A DNA stretch of 64,000 nt from Phyllosticta citribraziliensis (lineage: Eukaryota): contig NW_027117350.1 in assembly GCF_038025025.1 (NCBI RefSeq), positions 1,054,001 through 1,118,000 on the forward strand. Reading direction: 5' to 3'. Positions within the stretch are counted from its first letter, which is position 1; each line of letters begins with the position of its first letter. Under the pieces are notes generated by a model. That model was not told the DNA's origin. It did not search any database and worked only from the letters and a program-made list of their open reading frames with translations. A program made the position numbers and the translations under genes. Below, piece after piece: positions 48,950 through 60,783 of the stretch.

Positions 48950-51724
48950 TCACGTCGCCGTGACCATGCGAAGGCCTCCTTCCAGTCCCATTTTGCCGTC
49001 GCCTTGCTCCGCCTTCGTTGCGCCCGCCGTCCGCATGGCCAGCCCTTGGCTTTGATTGCTGGTCCGGCTTTGCGGGCGCTGGTCTTCGCGCTCTCTTTCT
49101 CTCCTGGCAGCGGCGTCTTCGCTCTCGACGTCGGACACGTCGCTATCGGCCACACTGGCTGAGCTTGGTGCATACTCGCTTTCCGTCCCACCGACTGTGC
49201 TGGGGGCGTACTCGGAGCGACTGGTGGACCAGCGCGCCCCGCCTTCTTCTTGCTGGATCGTTTCTTCAATTACGCGGCGCATGGCTGGATCGAGGTTGAC
49301 GCTGTCCTCCGCGATTGGCGAGTTGGGGTTGAGACTGTCAAATAGCGGGTTGGAATCGACGATCGGAGAAGCGGGGTGTTCGTTGAAGGAGAATGGTGCT
49401 TGAAAGGCGTATGGTGTTTGCATAGAACCAGCTAGAGGTGTACGTTGATCGTCCCAAGGCGACATGGGTGGGTTGGAAAAGGGTGAGAGAGGGGTTGGAG
49501 CGCGATTGCTCGAGCCGACTGAGATGGTGGAGTTGCGGTCTCGACTGTGTTTCTTTGGGTTGCTGTTGCCGTTCTTCTCAAGCACGATAGTGTCTTCGAG
49601 GCTAGGATCGTGCTCCGAAGGTTGTGAATCAGGGCTGGCAGATCTTGATGACTGTGAGGAATGCGATGTCGGAAGCTCCACGGAGGAAGCAAGATCGCCA
49701 CTGTAGTCGACCTCGGATACTTCTGGAGTAGACTCGTCCGAGTTGGTGCCTCGCGTGCTTGCCGCAACAGTGGCTTCGACACCCGCAGGCATTGGAGGCA
49801 GGGCCGGTTCTGCTCTCGCCACACTCGTCCATCGTCCACGCACCTCTTCAACGTCTGCTTCCTCATCCTCACCTTCTTCTACGGTAGAGTAGAGGCCAAC
49901 AGGTGATTGTGCAGATGCCACTGCTCTGATGGTAGAATTGGAGCTACGCCTAGTAAGCTCCCCTGCTGGAGCAGGGCGTGGAGGCGGAGGAGGCATGGCC
50001 TCGTAGAATAGCATGAAAACACCACCTTGGGCCAGGACATCCTCTTTGGATACTCGTGACACATCCTCATCGCTCAGGCGCCACCAGACCTCGTCCGACT
50101 GCTCATCCCCGTCCACTGGCTTCTGTGCGTCGTCCGGTGTGTTGAAAGGATGCTTGCGATAGCAGACGTAGTGACCGTTTTCATGTCTTCCGTAATGACT
50201 GACCACAGCCCTTAGCTGGTATGGCAGCTTGGGCTCCTCGAAAAGATAATTTGAACTGATCATCGACTCTGAGGGATTGGTTGACCAGACTTCTGATTGT
50301 CCGTCCAGTTCTTTGAGATATGCGGGTTGTTCACCAGAGCCAAGCGACCACGGACCAAGATCCAGTATCTCAGGGAAGCTGACGTGGGCATAGTTCTTGC
50401 GTTGAATTCCCGTCATCTCGTCAAACACGCTGCGATTGACGTGTATGACAAGGGCTTTCGGCGGGCGTCCAATCACCGCCTGCCTGGATTTCGTGCTCTG
50501 GACCCAATTTTTCCTCGGAATATGGCACTTCTTGAGAACAGTATTATCCGAAAAATCCTCGTCTCCCAGGGCGTGCTGCACGGCTTGGAGGCGTTGGATC
50601 CAGGCCTCTTTTACGCTTTCCATCTGCGGGGAGCCCGGCTCCCCCGAGTTTTCCAAGAGATTTTTCAGGGACTCCTCGGCCTTGAGTAGTGTGCAACTAG
50701 AGCATTCGACGCCCTCAATTGGCTCGAGCTTTGTGTACTCATTGAGGCAATCGCGAATGTCACAGCCGTACCCCCAATCTTTCTGCAGGGGAACCGTAAG
50801 GCAATTGAATGGAATCATCGACAGTCCTTCGGTGTGTCCACAGTTCATGCAGCCCACGCGCTGAGCTAGCAGACCCTCGAGCGGGTTCCGCAAGCTTTCG
50901 GGCAATGTTGAATAGTTGGGCCTGTGAAGTAGCGCCTTGTCCTCGGTGCCAGGGGCATTTTCGAGACCCGCAACAATGCGAGACTGTCTAGACGCGCGCG
51001 AAACCTCTCTGTCGATTTCGTCCAATACTTTGGAAAAGTACTCCTGTGCGTCCTGTTGCTGCCAGCTGCTCATGTTCTTCAACTTTGCGGGGGTCCACAG
51101 GTGTCGGCCATGATTGTCGGGATTGTTCAACTTCTGAACCGTGTCCAGCAATGCCCCGTTGGTCGAATCGCTGGACAGGCCATCGAACGAGGTCACGCCT
51201 TGGACGAGGAAACGCTGGAGACTGGGGAGGGATGCCAGACCCTACCGTTTTTGGTGAGCTTCGCTTCCAATTTGAAAGTAGATAAATACCTGTATCACGC
51301 TGTTCTGGTAGCAAGAATTGTCCCAGTTGCCCAGACCCGGCGGGACGACGTCCTTGGTGTCAATCATGGTGCCATAGTTCCGCAAAGCCCGATCACCAGA
51401 TATGGCCCTCAGCATTCCTGCACCATCCAACCCAAACGCCCTGCGCAAAACTTCATTTTTGGCGGCAAACAGGCTCGCGCTATTCTTTTCCTCATCAACA
51501 TTGATCGAGGGCTGGCCCAGGGCAAAGACCAGCGGAGCTGGCATGATGTGTACCAAAATGTTCCAAAGGGTCTCAGGTATGGCGCGCAAGGGAATGTCGT
51601 AATGCGCAAGAAGGCGATGGAGCGCGACGAGCCCCAGGACGACGAGTACGAAGGACGTATAGGGCGCCGCTTGCGGTTCTGGTTCGACGTGGAACGAATC
51701 GAAGGACGGGGGGCGGGAGGTCAT
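48950..51724 (-). CDS. UBP1: Ubiquitin-specific protease, Ubp1-like, with N-terminal hydrophobic segment
   Basis: Cys box GLGNWDNSCYQNSVIQ/GLASL across intron 51242-51289, QQDAQEY, His box HYGRHENGHY, WWRLSD and FMLFYE; long disordered C-tail. Confidence 0.85.
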
Positions 51725-52093
51725 TGTGGGAGCGTAAAGCTAGCCCAAGGAGGGTTTGCAGTTGGATCAGCCAGGACGAGAGGAATGGTGTCGTGACAGG
51801 GAGAAGTCCCGTAGATGGCGCATGGAGAAGTCGAGGTTCAGGTCGGGACAAGAGGAGGCTCCAAAGGCGATGGCCAGGAAGGGAGCCGAGAGGAGGAGGA
51901 GGAGGAGCTGCTAGGTGGTCGGGTCCGGGTCCGGGTTGATGTCGCAGCACCCATCCTTGGAGATTACCCCAACGCGCACGGCCCGCGCGAGGTTTCCGCT
52001 GCTGCTGATCCTTGCGATTGCCTTATCGACAGCAGAGCCGCCCAAGGTTTTTTTTCTTTCTTCAACACCACACTCTCCACCACAAAGACGACA

Positions 52094-52671
52094 ATGGCAA
52101 AGGCTGCAAAGGCAAAGAAACAAGGCAAGTATCCCACAAATCTCCAGAGCCACACTCCTAACTCCTCGTAGACATCTCCAAGCACTCGCGCGCCGCCCGC
52201 CGCGCCGAGGAGCCCGTCGACAAGTCTCTGGTCAGCGACGCCTCGACCATCAAGCCTACGCGCCCCAAGGTCACCGCCTCGGTCCTTGCTTCCCAGAATG
52301 CCGGCATCTCCAAGAAGCAGAAGCAAAAGCACATGACCCACCAACAGCGTGTGCGCCAGGAGCGCGCCCTGGAAAAGGCCGACGCCAACATGGACAAGCA
52401 CGAGCGGAAGGTTGAGAAGAGCAAGAAGAGGGGCAGGACGGTGGAGGAGCGGAGGAAAGACTGGGAAACCCTCAATGGCGACAAGAAGCAACCGAATCCT
52501 TTCGCTGCGCTGGGCAACATCAACACCGACGATGTGGACATGGAGGCTTCGTCAGGTCCCCGCGAGAGTCTTGCTGCCATCAACGCCGCCACCATAGCCG
52601 CTGTCGCACAGCGCCCGCAGGCGCAAAAAAATGCTCCGGCGCAAGATGAGAGCGATTTGGAAGTCGAGTGA
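52094..52671 (+). CDS. ALB1: Pre-60S shuttling factor Alb1-like
   Basis: SKHSRAARRA, NAGISKK and RQERALEKADANMDKHERKVEKSKKRGRTVEERRKDWETLN; needs GC-AG intron 52125-52171. Confidence 0.8.
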
Positions 52672-53314
52672 GGCGACATTCTGCACACTCAAGATTTCTT
52701 TTACTCGACACTCCGCGCTGCACCAAGTCTGCGCACAATAGCCGATATTCTGCTGGCTTGAAAATTCAGCGCCACTCCTTGCAGCTCAAAGTTGCAAGCT
52801 TGTGCCACCCCGTCACGATGACGGAACCACCACCGGAAGCCGACACGCCAAAAGACTGCAGGAGGTAGATGATACCCCGCGACGATATCCTATATAGCCT
52901 GACTAGCTCGAGCTGGACCGACAGCATCAGGCATATAACAGTGTACGACAACAATCGGATCGGTTACTTTAAGGCGTCACGCGGCGAAAACTGGTGCACG
53001 AATGGATTCCAACCAAATTTGGCATCTAAATTTCGGAACATGGCCGTTTGCCAATCTTTTGTGCGGATAGGGGCTTGAATGCTCTCTGTTGCTTCTCCTG
53101 TAAAGACCTTTTACATGATCTTGAATGCTCATCAATGGTAGCTTGACTGCTTCCTGTCAATTCTCTGTCAAAGCGTACAAATGCTCCCTGGTCGCTGCTC
53201 TTTTCTTTGTATGCGCCACATTTTAACTGTTTAGTCTCGACGTTGGTTGTCCGTTGAGCCCTTTTTCGTCCACCAGGAGAATCACGCGCTTCTCGCGTAG
53301 TTCTGGTGCCAGAT

Positions 53315-54310
53315 TTAGTCCTTGTTCTTCTCCAACAAACCCCTGACCCCTTCCAGCCCATCTTTTGGCCTCCTCCCCAACAACTCCTCCATCAAAGTGC
53401 TCACGTTCGCCATCTTTCCCTCTCTGAAAGCCTGGAACAAGGTGACCCAGTTCCAGTAAAAGTCCTTTCCCTTCCCTCCCTCATCGCCCTCCACATTGCG
53501 CCTCACATACTCCCCGTCCCCAACATACTCAATCCTGATCTTTCTGCCAGTCGTCTCGTTGATGACGTCGACAATTTCAGAGAAGCGCACAGCGCGCGGG
53601 CCCGTGAGCGCGACGATTTGGTTCTCGAATCCGCCTCGCATGAGAAGCTTCGCCGTCGCCTCGCCCAGCTCCTCGCGCAGCGCAAACGAAGCCGCCCCGT
53701 TGCTGGGCAGGAACAGCGTCTGATTCGGATCCGTCGGGTACCAGTTGAGAAAGACGGGAAAGGCATCCGTGTAGATGCCCTCGCGGACAGCCGTTCAGCT
53801 TGGACCTGCAACCGTCATGAGCAAAAGCAGGAGTCAAAGAGCGTGTGTATCTCGTGGGCGCGATTGAACTTACCCCTTCAACAGGCGCTCCGTCTCCAAA
53901 TGCGCCCCCATCAACCGCACCTCGTGCGCCTCCTCGGCCCCCTCCCCTCCATCCACTCCCACCGCGCCAATCGCCAGGCTGGAATACACGACCCACCCCA
54001 CGCGCGCGCGCTCTGCCGCCTCAACCACATTAGCGTGCTGCCTTCGCCGGCGCTCATTGTCGAACGTGTTGGTGCTGACGAAGAACAGCCGCTCGACGCC
54101 CGCAAACGCCGCGTCCAGCGTCGCCGGCTCGTCGTAGTCGAGCAGCGCGAAGTGCACGCCGAGGCGCGAGAGGGCCGACGCGGCGCTGGCGCGCGTCGAG
54201 GTTGCTGTTATGGCGGACGGCGGCACGGAGGATGCGAGGAGCGTGGTTAGGATGGCGTGGCCGAGGCCGCCGGTTGCGCCGGTTATGAGATAGGTGGGGT
54301 GTGCTGGCAT
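53315..54310 (-). pseudogene. NmrA-like/atypical SDR oxidoreductase with apparent frameshift
   Basis: LITGATGGLG Rossmann motif. After intron 53806-53873 the frame reads GSKLN and is then 1 nt out of register with AVREGIYTDAFPVFLNWYP...ALREELGEATAKLL..LTGP. The family call is confident; pseudogene status is not, as this could be a sequence error. Confidence 0.6.
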
Positions 54311-55370
54311 GGTTGCGGTTTGGGTTGCTTTGGTCTGGGGATGAGGTCGGATGGGGATGTGTTGGTTGAGTTTGGTTCTAGCACCTCGTGCGCTGTCTCT
54401 CCTCTATATATGGCTCTTTCTGTGTTTCCTATATCCTGCTGGATAGACACAGAGTGCTTTTGTCAACAAGAAACGTGATTATGTCCATTCAGTTCGTCAG
54501 CAGCGTTGCAGTTCACCCGGGAGCAGCTCAACTCTTGCGGGACAGCAACAAAACGACCCCATTCTAGGCTACACTCCTCCAATCAGCCAAAAAACATCGT
54601 CATCACAGAGAGTAGAGTAGCACCGTGGCGCAGTCATCACGGTTGCTCAGCAAGATGGTTGCAGCGGCGCAGTGGTTGGTTGGTCATGCCGCGGATAGCT
54701 AACCCGAATTGGCAGGCTTGCCGCTCGTGCAGCCAGTCAACGTCAAGGCTGTTGTGTGTACAGTCACCTCAGTCGACTTTGGTCCAGCGCCATCAAGAAG
54801 ACGTGATTTTGTAATATTTGGTGAAATATTCAAGATGATGGCTCGGCAGCTTTGGGAAGTGCTGCTGGTCTTGCACTTTGATTTACGTGGCGCCTCCGTG
54901 TTTTGTCTGATCTTTGACCAGATTTCTTGTTTTTTGATTGACGGGACCAGGTCTTGGTCGCGACAGTCGCAGAACATACGATACTAGGTGCTAGTCAAGG
55001 AGTATTCGAATTTTGAACACCCACTTCAGAAGGTAACTAACTGATTTGGGGGTGTTTAAGCCAATCTAGACCAGAGTACGTGCTCAGCAGCATTCGAGCA
55101 CTGAAGATAGTAGTGAGAGGGAGCACTGGAGCTCCGATTCGCAGAGTCTCAACATTGTGTGTGCCAGAAATTTCTCTGCCACGCCTCGGATCATCCCAAA
55201 GCACCAAGTTTTGCCGCTCCCAGCAGCGGAACGCCCGAAAATGCATGCAATCCGTCCATCCAATTCCCTCGTACGCCAGAGCCCGCCACCGGAGAAACGC
55301 CAAAGAAGCCACCCAGCAGAAAACACCAACCCCGGGAATCGAAGGAAATAATCAAACGCCAGCAGCCATC

Positions 55371-57351
55371 TCACTTGATGTTAGTCCCAAACATGCGGAA
55401 CATCCTGCGATAGCCCAGCGGCTCCGACGAATCCTCGACGCCGTACTGCTTGACGAAGCACCCAAACGACTTGCTCGTGTGCTCCTCGCGCGTCGCGTCA
55501 TCCCACGGATCGCGCCCGTTGGCCTTGAGCTCCTCGAGGTTGCCCCACAGCACAAACAGCTTCTCACGGAGCTGGTTCAGGGCAAGGGGATCCTCTTTCA
55601 GGTTGCTCGCCGAGAGGTTGAGCAGGTACTCGGCGTCCTTGTCGGCGACGAGGATGGCGATGCGCGTGGGTTCGCTGGCTGCTGTTGCTGCGTCGCCCTC
55701 GGCCTGCTTGGTGTCGGCGTCTTCGACCATGAGGTAGAAGGCCCACTCCCAACCCTTTTGGTCTTGGGAGAGCCCCGTCGATTGCGTGTCCGGCGGCACG
55801 TTACAGTACGTCTCGTCTCCGAGCCAGTGTGCAAAGTCTTCGAGCTTGTCGGGCCAAAAGTCGACGACGCGGACTTGGGTGTAGAATTTTGCGTTGATGA
55901 AGGGCGCCTGGAAGGTGACGCCTGACGCCGTTTCTTGCTTGTAGTGCCCATTGTCCAAAATGTCTGCGAGTCGCGTCGCCGACGTCACTACCCGCTCTGT
56001 GGCGACTGCGGATGGGTGTTAGCGAAGAGTCCGGTCTGCCGCTGGCGGTGCTTACCGTGGCCATTGCATCCATTTGCACTGTGGTCGCTCTCCTTGGCTT
56101 CCTTTTGTTTCTTGGCCTCTTCAGCCTTCTGCTGGGCCTGTCTTTCTTTCTTGGCCTGTTTGCTCTTTTTCTTCTTGTCAGTTCGAGACACCTTTGGTTC
56201 ATCCGTCTCCGGCTTCTTGACCGATTCCCAGTACTGCTTTCTTCGGGTCTGGAGCTCCGTCATGCGGTTGTCGAATACCCTTGGCTTGATGATGTCCACC
56301 CTTTTGGAGAACTTGTAGTCTTGGTGCAACGCGCCTTCGAGCTTTGTGCCCCACATGTCCCGTTTGACGTGAACGTTCCTCAAGAACACAAAGTCGTTCA
56401 CGTTGATTTCTCTGATGCACGCCGAAGCATGTGGCTCAAAGAGCATGACTTGCATCGTCCTCTTACCCATGGGTCCTTGCCAGTTGGCCAGACTAGGAGC
56501 TGTGTAGTTATACGGGTCACCGTCCACGTTGCCTTTTTCCTCGCCGTAAGGAAAAAGCAGAGGGTGTTCTGTGTAGTCTGTGACGTAGATCTCAACTCTG
56601 TCAATGCTGTTTGGATGGATTTTGACGACCTCCACGGCCATATCGTAAAAATTCATCTCTTCGCAGTCTTTAATCAGCCGAAACTTCTCCTTCTTAGAGT
56701 AGAAGATGGGCGTTGATGCTGTGGTGGTTTGTGGTGGTGGTGGAGGCATCATGGCCCTGCTTTCCGTGGTCGTGCTGGATGCGAATGGTTTTGTAGCCTC
56801 TGGCGCTCCAGCTTCCTGCGGCGGTTGGTGCAGAGTTATAACATACAGTTGCTCAGCTGCAGTGGGTTTCCTCGCGCGACACGTCGATTCATGGGGTAGA
56901 GCTTTGGCTCCGCTAGCGAATTCATCATTGAAGTGTGGTGCGGGGATCTTTTTCGCGGGAAAGACGGAACAGCCAGAGGCATGGTTGGACGTTGCGACTT
57001 TTTCGAAGCCATGTTCCAATATCCTGATGTTTTGGAGAATCACCACGTCGCCGATACCCTGGACTCGCGGCTCGTTCGATGGGCCAAAGGGCCTCCAGAA
57101 CCATTTGATCTTGATGCTACCAGCTTGGGAATTGTCGCTTAGAAAAAAAGTGACCTGCATGTCTACAAGATTTGGTCAAGACTGGTTTGTGTTTGGTTGC
57201 GGGACGAGTTACCTGTGCCTCTGGATTGTTTTGGAGGCCAAAAATCCACGACCACGCCAATGATGTTGACGAGTTGGCCAACGGGTGTGTCCAGTGCATC
57301 TTGGACGGTGATGTAGCCCTGGGGCGGGTCTTTGGAGGTGGCGAGCGGCAT
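55371..57351 (-). CDS. POT1: Telomere ssDNA-binding protein Pot1
   Basis: OB1 [27 protein letters not shown]2 [25 protein letters not shown] and C-terminal [28 protein letters not shown]; introns 57163-57212 and 55997-56055. Confidence 0.9.
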
Positions 57352-57381
57352 TGCTGGGGAGGCGGCGGTTCTGGCGTCGAG

Positions 57382-57402
57382 ACGCGTCTGGGAGACGCGC
57401 GA
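57382..57402. promoter_or_regulatory. MCB-like motifs (ACGCGT, ACGCGCGA) between POT1 and importin alpha
   Basis: Exact ACGCGT at 57382-57387 plus a neighbouring CGCG core; function is inferred only. Confidence 0.3.
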
Positions 57403-57683
57403 GGGGTGGTGACCTGGCGAGCAGCGGACGGGCGGCTGAGTCAGCGGCGCTAGGCAGAAAACGGCGCCCAATCCTCGCGCAGCGCAGGGCTGCTGCTGCC
57501 CGCATTATTTTCCGCCCGCATCACCATCCGTCTTCTCATCCTGCCCTCCCTCATCCTCCCACTACCGCACCCACTGCCCTACCTTGGTGCAGATTCCTCC
57601 CGGTCCCGCCACGCCACGCCCGCTCCGTCATCCCCATCACCCGTCTGCGTCTACCTCTGCAACCGCCTGACAAGTCCTCCGCC

Positions 57684-59613
57684 ATGGCTGAGCGCTACAT
57701 CCCCGAGCACCGTCGCACGACGTTCAAGGCGAAGAACACCTTCAAGCCCGACGAGCTTCGCCGCCGCCGCGAGGAGCAGCAGGTCGAGATCCGCAAGGCC
57801 AAGAGGGAGGAGAACCTTGCGAAGCGCCGTGGCATTGCCTCTCGCGATGGCGCCGGCCCTGGCGCTTCGCTGGGCGCTGCCCCCGACAGCGACGATGAGG
57901 CTGGTACCATTGAGTCTCAGGTAAGTTCTTCAGCTCCACCCTCCGCGAAACCGCCGTACGGTGGCGTTGGCTCGCCTTCCACCGCGCCTCAACACCACCA
58001 CCTCTGTTTGTTTTGGCAAATACGCCGCTGAACCGCCGTTCGACGATTGCCGAGCGAACTGGCCATCCCTTATCCTTATCGACTCTTGCACGAGCCACGC
58101 CAAGCACCATGATTTTCTAAGACGCGCATCATGCTGACTCTGGCAGCTCAATGAGGACCTCCCTCAGATGGTGAAGGGTGTCTTTTCCGAACAGATTGAT
58201 GAGCAGATCCACGCCACCACCAAGTTCCGCAAGCTCCTCTCCAAGGAGCGCAACCCGCCCATCGAGCGCGTCATCGAGACTGGCGTTGTTGGCAGATTCG
58301 TCGAGTTCCTTCGCTCCCCCCACACTCTGGTCCAGTTCGAGGCTGCCTGGGCCCTTACCAACATTGCTTCCGGTTCTGCTCAGCAGACCCAGGTCGTCAT
58401 CGAGGCCGGCGCTGTGCCCATCTTTGTCGAGCTTCTCTCCAGCCACGAGCCCGATGTCAGAGAACAGGCCGTCTGGGCCCTGGGAAACATTGCTGGTGAC
58501 AGCCCGGCATGCCGTGACTTTGTTCTCGGAGCCGGAGCTTTGCGCCCTCTGCTCAACTTGCTCGGTGACAGCCGTAAGCTGAGCATGCTCCGCAACGCCA
58601 CCTGGACCCTCAGCAACTTTTGCCGTGGCAAGACTCCTCAACCCGATTGGCAGACTGTGAGTTTGCTTTGCATTGTACCTGTGTCGGTTCTCGACTGACT
58701 TTTTCAGATTGCTCCCGCTCTTCCCGTTCTTGCCAAGCTCATCTACTCGCTTGACGACGAGGTCCTCATCGACGCGTGCTGGGCCATTTCCTACCTGTCC
58801 GACGGCTCCAATGACAAGATCCAGGCCGTGATTGAGGCTGGAATCCCTCGTCGTCTCGTGGAGCTCCTCATGCACGCTTCCACCTCGGTCCAAACTCCTG
58901 CCCTGCGCTCCGTCGGCAACATCGTCACCGGCGACGACATTCAGACGCAGGTCATCATCAACTGCGGCGCGCTCCCCGCGCTGCTTTCCCTGTTGAGCTC
59001 AACCAAGGACGGCATCCGCAAGGAGGCTTGCTGGACCATTTCCAACATCACCGCCGGCAACCCCACGCAGATCCAGGCCGTGATTGACGCCAACATCATC
59101 CCCCCTCTGATCCACCTCCTCTCCAACGGCGACTTCAAGACCCGCAAGGAAGCCTGCTGGGCCATCTCCAACGCTACGTCTGGTGGTCTGCAGAAGCCCG
59201 ACCAGATCCGTTACCTTGTGCAACAGGGCTGCATCAAGCCGCTCTGCGAGCTGCTGGCCTGCCCCGACAACAAGATCATCCAGGTCGCCCTGGACGGTTT
59301 GGAGAATGTCCTCAAGGTTGGTGAGATGGACAAGGAGGCCAGCGCGGACAATGAGCCCATCAACCGCTTCGCTCTGTACATCGAGGAGTGCGGCGGCATG
59401 GAAAAGATTCACGACTGCCAAAACAACGCCAACGAGGAGATTTACATGAAGGCGTACAACATTATTGAAAAGTACTTTTCGGACGACGAGGAGGCTGGCG
59501 ACATGAACGAGCTTGCTCCCCAGCAGGGCCAGGACGGCACGTTTGGCTTCGGAGCTCAGCCCCAGCAGCAAAACTTCAACTTTGCCAATGGCGGCGAGTC
59601 GATGGACATGTGA
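57684..59613 (+). CDS. SRP1: Importin subunit alpha (karyopherin alpha)
   Basis: IBB domain [26 protein letters not shown] and ARM repeats ([31 protein letters not shown]); introns 57921-58146 and ~58657-58707. Confidence 0.97.
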
Positions 59614-60783
59614 GGTGTCCAACCGGAATGCTTTTAGCATCATGGTAGCTTTTTAGCGGCGGATGCTCCCGGCTCAGCGGCCGAGACGGATTCGTCGCCG
59701 ACCATCGCTCACGACCAAGGTCACGTCGATGCTGCCCTTGACCCTGTCAGTGGAGCGGCAAATCAAGGACACGTGCGTCGACTGGACATGAGGATTCTGA
59801 CTGCTTTACCTTGCCCCCTTCGTCGCACAATGGTCCAATTCACACCCTTACCTTTTACCACTCCCCGCAAGCCCCAAGTCTCAGCCAGTCATCCCCTTTG
59901 TCATGACCGCCATGAGCCCCCCAAAGATTCACCGTCATGTAACTTTCCTTGCGGTGTCACGTTGTTCAGTGACCTCATATCCCCGGCGTTCTGATTGCTT
60001 TGAATCTTGGTTGTCCTTTTCGTTAGGGAAGGTTTCCCCTCTCGGTGGCTGTTTACCGATAGACAATGAGCAGGAATGACGGACGTGGACTCAAAATTGC
60101 TAGGCATATGTAGCAACGACGTGATTTTGACCCTGATATGACCCGCGGTGGTACACGATGTGCTAATTCGGTGCTACTCACGGCGAAGCAGGCCCGGTGC
60201 ATGATGCGGCTGCTGTGTGACGGCGTCAGAAGAGGTCTTGTTTTGGATGTTTTGCGAGGCCGGTCAACATGTCCCGCGCTGGATGTCATTGACGGTCCAA
60301 TGATGGAGCGCGTAGGGCTGGCAATAAGGACACAGGGCGGCCACATGCGTCGACGACGAACCCGGACAGGCCGTGTCGACAGGGAGGCTTGGGCAGGTCG
60401 TACTCGATGATTGGGACGTGGGTCGAGAACCGAAGGTGTTTCAGCGGGACGTGAGGGCGAGAGGGCGGTGTTGCTCGGGCGACGGAAGCGAGTGCGTAAA
60501 CACCGGCCAGGTCGACGACGTGCACCAATCTGAAGTACAGCAGCGTACCCGCCCTCGTCCGGCTCCACCACTTGAACGTTTCCCTCTCCCACTACATCAT
60601 CGCGCTCTCGACGGCGCATCCGCGACTCTCGACCACTGATTCCGTCGCCAACCAACCACCATCGCCTCGCCACTGCACCTCGAAACCCCCCGTCCGACCC
60701 CGCATTCCTCGACCTCATTCGCGCAACGCCTGGGACATTTCATGAGAGATTGTTGAGAGCCAGTCGGCTTGAGGGCGCTAGTG

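Noticed and set aside
54400..55370. Telomerase RNA next to POT1
   Set aside because: No TAACCCTAA-type template was found here or in the other intergenic gaps I read.
57921..58146. Intronic snoRNA in the long importin-alpha intron (and GCV3 intron 43361-43539)
   Set aside because: No convincing terminal C/D box pair or H/ACA layout.
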